Source: Spirochaetia bacterium (GTDB lineage: Bacteria > Spirochaetota > Spirochaetia > CADAEX01). Taken from it: 64,000 nt of DNA. This document shows, in pieces, positions 59,475-64,000 of this stretch (positions within the stretch are counted from its first letter, which is position 1; each line of letters begins with the position of its first letter). The notes under the pieces are model-generated. The model was not told where the DNA came from, ran no database searches, and saw nothing but the letters and a program-made list of their open reading frames with translations. Both the position numbers and the translations under genes were made by a program. Location: assembly GCA_963662795.1 (NCBI GenBank), contig OY759746.1:1664001-1728000 (forward strand), in the 5' to 3' direction.

Positions 59475-59852
59475 ATGGTACCAAAATATGAGGTCAGGAA
59501 AAAAATCAGTGATGTTCCATGGGAAGAGCATTTCATGGATGACGGCGGAAGTAAAATTAAATGGATATATACCCGGGAAAAGGACGGAACACCTATAACT
59601 GTAATGCTTATAGAACTCAGGGAAGGACTTTCGCTCCCTGAGCATGTACACCGTGACCAGCCTGACCTGATTCATGTACTTGAAGGCGAGGCAACAATGT
59701 TTATTGAAGGCGAAGGGGAATTCCCCCTTGAAGCAGGAATGGTAATCATGGTGCCGCCAAATACCAGGCATACAATAAAAAACATTAAAAAAACTGTAAG
59801 GCTTTACAATGTTTTTGCACCGGCCATGCCGTATATGCCGGCAAAAAAATAG
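59475..59852 (+). CDS. Cupin domain protein
   Basis: PEHVH...VLEGEA and VPPNTRH motifs. Confidence 0.85.
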   Translation: MVPKYEVRKKISDVPWEEHFMDDGGSKIKWIYTREKDGTPITVMLIELREGLSLPEHVHRDQPDLIHVLEGEATMFIEGEGEFPLEAGMVIMVPPNTRHTIKNIKKTVRLYNVFAPAMPYMPAKK

Positions 59853-59855
59853 TTT

Positions 59856-60884
59856 ATGAATGCAATGGTCCTGAGGGAGTATAATAATTCCCTCGTAATG
59901 GAAAAAGTTTCTGATCCCTGTCCCCTTCCGGACGAAGTGGTCGTTAAGGTTCACGGGGCGGGGATGTGTTATACAGACATCAAAATTGTTGCGGGTCAGC
60001 TTTCGAAATTTATAAAGCTTCCGCATATTCCTGGACATGAAATAGCCGGTGAGATTGTTGAAACCGGTAAAAACGTGAAGAATTTAAAACCGGGGCATAA
60101 GGGGGTTGTCTATTCCATAATTGGATGCGGCGACTGTCTTTACTGCCGCAGCGGCAAAGAGAATCTATGCATTAATACCAGGAGGATAGGATTTGAGGAA
60201 AACGGAGGATTTGCCGAATATGTAAAACTTCCCGCCTATAATTTCTGCCCGTTTAACAGCAGTATGCCTTTTGAAAAAATGGCAATACTGCCGGATGCTG
60301 TAGGAACTCCGTATCATGCATTCAAGGAAATTGCAAATCCCGGTTCGGCTCAGTCTGTGTTGATTGTAGGTGCCGGAGGTCTGGGTATACATGCTGTTCA
60401 GCTTGCAAAACATAAAGGATCATATGTCATTGTATGTGATATAAAAAATGATGCGCTCGAACTTGCAAAAAAATACGGGGCAGATGTATGTTTTAATCTG
60501 AAAAATGAAAACGATATAGTAAGTGCTGTTTATAACGCTACTGCCGGTCTTGGGGCGGATATTGTTCTTGAGGGAGTCGGGAAGGAGATAACCTTCTCGT
60601 GGTCGTTAAGATGTCTTAAAAAAGGGGGAACTTTAATTGTTATGGGCTATGATCCTGTCAATAAAGTTCCTGTTCCCTTCATTGATATGCATAATAATGA
60701 ATGGAAAATAGCAGGGACAAAGATTACGACAAAGCAGGATCTGCTTGAAGTAATTGATCTTGTGGATAACGGTATTATAGATCCGGTTGTTACCAGGGTG
60801 ATAAATCTTGGTGAAATCAACAGCGGCCTTGATCTTGTCCGTAATCATGAAATACCCGGCAGGGTTTGTGTGAAAATTGAATAA
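59856..60884 (+). CDS. Zn-dependent alcohol dehydrogenase (MDR)
   Basis: GMCYTD, GHEIAG, CGDCLYC..C, GAGGLG. Confidence 0.9.
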   Translation: MNAMVLREYNNSLVMEKVSDPCPLPDEVVVKVHGAGMCYTDIKIVAGQLSKFIKLPHIPGHEIAGEIVETGKNVKNLKPGHKGVVYSIIGCGDCLYCRSGKENLCINTRRIGFEENGGFAEYVKLPAYNFCPFNSSMPFEKMAILPDAVGTPYHAFKEIANPGSAQSVLIVGAGGLGIHAVQLAKHKGSYVIVCDIKNDALELAKKYGADVCFNLKNENDIVSAVYNATAGLGADIVLEGVGKEITFSWSLRCLKKGGTLIVMGYDPVNKVPVPFIDMHNNEWKIAGTKITTKQDLLEVIDLVDNGIIDPVVTRVINLGEINSGLDLVRNHEIPGRVCVKIE

Positions 60885-60903
60885 AACTATTCAAAGAGGA
60901 AAA

Positions 60904-61971
60904 ATGAAAACACCGGTTTATATGGCTGCCGCAATAGTTAAAAGCTCTAATAACGTTCAAATTGAAAAAATACCTGTTCCCGTTCCGGGACCGGAGGAAG
61001 TCCTGATAAAGGTTGAATCCTGCGCAGTATGCAGCACAGATTTAAGTCTTATAACTCAGCCGGGTCCGGGGCAGCCTGCATTCGGATCTTTTATCCCCGG
61101 CCATGAATATTCCGGTACAATAGCCGCAAAGGGAGAATCTGTTGATGAAGTTGAGATAGGTGACCGGGTCGCGGTTGAAGTCCACAAAGGGTGCGGAAGG
61201 TGCATTAACTGCAGAAACGGTTATTATACATGCTGTCTGAACTGGGGAAATAAAAAAAGGGGACACAGGGCAAACGGAATGACTACATATGGAGGATTTG
61301 CCCAGTATGCAGTCAATCATATCAGTACTGTTTATAAAATATCTGAAAATGTATCATTTGATGAAGCTTCACTGATTACAAATGCCGGTTGTGTATTATA
61401 CGGTTTTGAAATAAGCGGAGGTTATTTTGTAGGTGATCAGGTTGCTGTTATCGGAGATGGTCCGCTTGGCCTTATTTCTCTTCAGATTGCAAAAACTCTT
61501 GGCGCGGATAATGTTTCGCTTGTCGGCCTTGACGATTTCAAGATGGATATTGCCAGAAATCTTGGGGCCGATAGTGTAATTGATGTTAAAAAAAACGATC
61601 CGGTAAGCATATTGAAACCTGCCTTTAATCTGGGTGTAGACCTTGCAATTGAAGCTTCAGGATCCGAAGCCGGCATCAGAACCGCTCTTAAAATACCGAA
61701 GTGGGCGGGAAAGGTCCTTCTTCTGGGTATCCCGTCAGGTGAAATCAGGACTGACCTCAGGGAATTTGCCCGCGGAAACAAATATCTCTTTACTGTCAGG
61801 GGCGAGGGGTTGTCCAATTGCGGGAAAGCTGTCTCTCTTCTTAAAAATAAAAAACTTTCACTTGAAAGTCTGATTACGCACAGGTTTGATCTTAAGGATT
61901 TAAATAAAGCCCTTGAAGTGCATAATTCATCTGAAATAAAATCAATTAAAGTCGTAGTCAACCCATCCTGA
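60904..61971 (+). CDS. Zn-dependent dehydrogenase, HpsP-like paralog of 48130 gene
   Basis: PGHEYSG, VAVEVHKGCGRCINC..CLNWG, GHRANGMTTYGGFAQY, TVRGEG. Confidence 0.8.
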   Translation: MKTPVYMAAAIVKSSNNVQIEKIPVPVPGPEEVLIKVESCAVCSTDLSLITQPGPGQPAFGSFIPGHEYSGTIAAKGESVDEVEIGDRVAVEVHKGCGRCINCRNGYYTCCLNWGNKKRGHRANGMTTYGGFAQYAVNHISTVYKISENVSFDEASLITNAGCVLYGFEISGGYFVGDQVAVIGDGPLGLISLQIAKTLGADNVSLVGLDDFKMDIARNLGADSVIDVKKNDPVSILKPAFNLGVDLAIEASGSEAGIRTALKIPKWAGKVLLLGIPSGEIRTDLREFARGNKYLFTVRGEGLSNCGKAVSLLKNKKLSLESLITHRFDLKDLNKALEVHNSSEIKSIKVVVNPS

Positions 61972-61993
61972 AAAAATGATAAAAATCATTTGA

Positions 61994-62043
61994 TTGACAT
62001 TGTATATAACTATGCTATAATTTTACTGTATTACAATCTGACA
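61994..62043 (+). promoter_or_regulatory. Promoter with operator ACTGTATTACAAT
   Basis: TTGACA-16 bp-TATAAT (extended TG); operator 62025-62037 followed by CTGACA, same offset from -10 as at 56803. Confidence 0.7.
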
Positions 62044-62085
62044 AATGAATAATGATTCTTTATAATTTTATATCGGGAGCATTAG

Positions 62086-62847
62086 ATGAGCGATGTGTTA
62101 ATAGAAACAAAAGGTGTATCCAAGATTTTCGGCCTGTTCAGGGCAGTCCATGATGTTGATTTCAGTGTCAGGGAATATGATGCTGTCGGCATTATCGGCC
62201 CTAACGGGGCAGGCAAAACTACATTTATCAATATCCTGACCGGCGAGTATGTTCCGGAAGAAGGAACTGTTTTATTCCGGGGAGAAGATATTACGAATCT
62301 GAAGAGCGAAAAAAGGGTTGCAAAAGGGATTATCAGAACATTTCAGCTTGTTCATGTTTTTGACAGCATAACAGTCTTTGAAAACCTGGCACTTTCAGTA
62401 TACAGAAAAAGAGAAGGAAAAGCTTTTCCTTCTAATCTTTATACTACAGTATTCAGTAAAAACAGGGCGATTACTGATGCTGCCGAAAAAGCGCTTGAAG
62501 TTTTTGACCTTAAGAAAGACAGGAACCAGCTGGTAGGAAATCTTTCGCTCGGCAGCCAGAAAAGGCTTGAAATAGCGATGGTCTGGGCTGCAGACCCTGA
62601 GGTTTTTATTCTTGATGAACCTTTTGCAGGAATCAGTGATCATGAAATTGATGATATTATTGCGATTCTTAAAAAACTTGTGCATAAAAAAACCATTATC
62701 ATAGTAGAGCATAAGCTTTCAAAGCTTACGGAAATTGTTGATACATTATGTGTAATGCATGAAGGAAAAATGATTGCTTCAGGACCATGCGAGGAAACAT
62801 TAAATAACCCGATAGTGAGAAAATCCTACTGGAAAATCGAAGAGTGA
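62086..62847 (+). CDS. Liv-type ABC ATPase (LivG-like)
   Basis: GPNGAGKTT, RTFQ, LSLGSQKRLEIA, LDEPFAG, VEH. Confidence 0.9.
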   Translation: MSDVLIETKGVSKIFGLFRAVHDVDFSVREYDAVGIIGPNGAGKTTFINILTGEYVPEEGTVLFRGEDITNLKSEKRVAKGIIRTFQLVHVFDSITVFENLALSVYRKREGKAFPSNLYTTVFSKNRAITDAAEKALEVFDLKKDRNQLVGNLSLGSQKRLEIAMVWAADPEVFILDEPFAGISDHEIDDIIAILKKLVHKKTIIIVEHKLSKLTEIVDTLCVMHEGKMIASGPCEETLNNPIVRKSYWKIEE

Positions 62848-62879
62848 TTTTTGATATATAATTATTCATGGAGTGATAG

Positions 62880-63575
62880 ATGAATCAGGAAAATAAACTT
62901 CTTAATGTTGATAAATTGAATGTCTGTTACGGAAAACTTGCTGTAGTATTTGATGTTTCTGTAAATGTTAACGCCGGAGAGGTTGTTTTTCTTGTCGGCA
63001 GAAACGGGGCAGGCAAGACAACGCTATTAAGAACGATTGCCGGGTTTCTCCAGCCAGCCTCCGGAGAAATTGAATTTAACGGTAAAAATCTCAATAAAAC
63101 AGGTGCCTATAAAACAGCCAGAATGGGACTCAAATATATCCACCAGGATAAACAGGTTTTCGGTGATCTTACAATCAGGGAAAATCTTGAGTTAAGCAGT
63201 TATGCGACAAAGGATTATGACTGGGAACCGGTGTTTAAAATGTTTCCTAAACTTAAAACAATTATTGAAAGAAAAGCAGGTAATTTAAGCGGCGGAGAAA
63301 AACAGATGCTCCTGATAGCAATGGCAATGATAGGAAAACCAGCTCTTGTTATGCTGGATGAGCCGACAGAAGGTCTTGCTCCTCATGTTATCAAGGATCT
63401 TGCTGAAATTTTTAAGGAAATAAGCAAAACCACAACATTGTTTATTGTTGAACAGAATCTGCCTCTGATCGCTGCGATTGCTGACAGGGTTTACTGCATG
63501 AAGGAAGGTAAAGTTGTAAATGAGATTACCAGCAGGGACGATATCGGCAACCTGTGTTTTGAACAATACTTATAA
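62880..63575 (+). CDS. Liv-type ABC ATPase (LivF-like)
   Basis: GRNGAGKTT, LSGGEKQML, LDEPTEGLAP, VEQN. Confidence 0.9.
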   Translation: MNQENKLLNVDKLNVCYGKLAVVFDVSVNVNAGEVVFLVGRNGAGKTTLLRTIAGFLQPASGEIEFNGKNLNKTGAYKTARMGLKYIHQDKQVFGDLTIRENLELSSYATKDYDWEPVFKMFPKLKTIIERKAGNLSGGEKQMLLIAMAMIGKPALVMLDEPTEGLAPHVIKDLAEIFKEISKTTTLFIVEQNLPLIAAIADRVYCMKEGKVVNEITSRDDIGNLCFEQYL

Positions 63576-63592
63576 AGGTAACAGGAGCTTTT

Positions 63593-64000
63593 ATGAAACT
63601 AAAAAAACTTGAAATACTAGGGCCGGTTTTTATAATACTCGGTCTTTTGATTAGCCGTTATCTGTTTCCAAACAAGATAACCTTTTTTACAGAAATTTCA
63701 ATTTATACAATCTATGTTATGGGAAATAACATCCTGATGGGTTATATGGGATATACCTCGTTCGGGCAGCCGTTTTATTTAAGCTGCGGTGCGTATTCCG
63801 CTGCCATTTATCTTGCATATATCGGCGGCAATGTATTTATCGCGATATTTATTGCATTTCTGGTCGGACTTGCTCTTTCTTTTATTCTGGGGCCAAGTCT
63901 TATGAGGCTGAAAGGGAGCTACTTTACCCTGATAAACGCGTCACTTTGCGCAATAGGAGTCTTTATGTTTGAAAGACTTCTTATCGATATTACCAACGGC
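63593..64000 (+). CDS. Liv-type ABC permease (LivM-like), 3'-truncated by window edge; not in ORF track
   Basis: AGGAG RBS; my translation gives MGNNILMGYMGYTSFGQ..GAY and MRLKGSYFTL; open to window end. Confidence 0.85.
   Translation, partial: MKLKKLEILGPVFIILGLLISRYLFPNKITFFTEISIYTIYVMGNNILMGYMGYTSFGQPFYLSCGAYSAAIYLAYIGGNVFIAIFIAFLVGLALSFILGPSLMRLKGSYFTLINASLCAIGVFMFERLLIDITNG

Noticed and set aside
1-64000. CRISPR arrays, tRNA/rRNA, IS elements, frameshifted pseudogenes
   Set aside because: None seen; intergenic gaps are short and the main ORFs look full length. Manual reading could miss short or degenerate elements

Overview
Gene-dense bacterial chromosomal window, probably from a free-living Spirochaetales genome (inferred from six solute-binding proteins with the Cys-less (F/S)AGG(K/S)xE signal-peptide junction). 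It is mostly transport and catabolism. (1) End of a livHMGF operon. (2) A dispersed ~41 kb inositol and inositol-phosphoester region (3.2-45.1 kb). It has two IolG-like dehydrogenases, IolI, a Thermotoga-type IolN-IolO-IolM pathway, a PfkB kinase with the pyrophosphate-dependent myo-inositol kinase signature, GDPD, HD and PhnP-like phosphoesterases, three ABC systems, and ROK, LacI, GntR and YesMN-type regulators. (3) Inside that region, a compact five-gene module at 14.2-17.9 kb: ECF sigma, a zinc anti-sigma with a predicted periplasmic CBM48 domain, two secreted helical proteins and a predicted outer-membrane beta-barrel. Two matching ECF-type promoter motifs sit in this module. It is the best candidate for an undescribed system. 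(4) A 48-64 kb block whose three promoters share one palindromic operator. It holds two HpsP-like Zn dehydrogenases, TctCBA, a CoA-disulfide reductase-rhodanese fusion, LrgAB and a Liv-type ABC system with duplicated binding proteins. I saw no rRNA, tRNA, CRISPR array, integrase or transposase. Family calls come from motifs read by eye and from recalled homologues; no database search was run.
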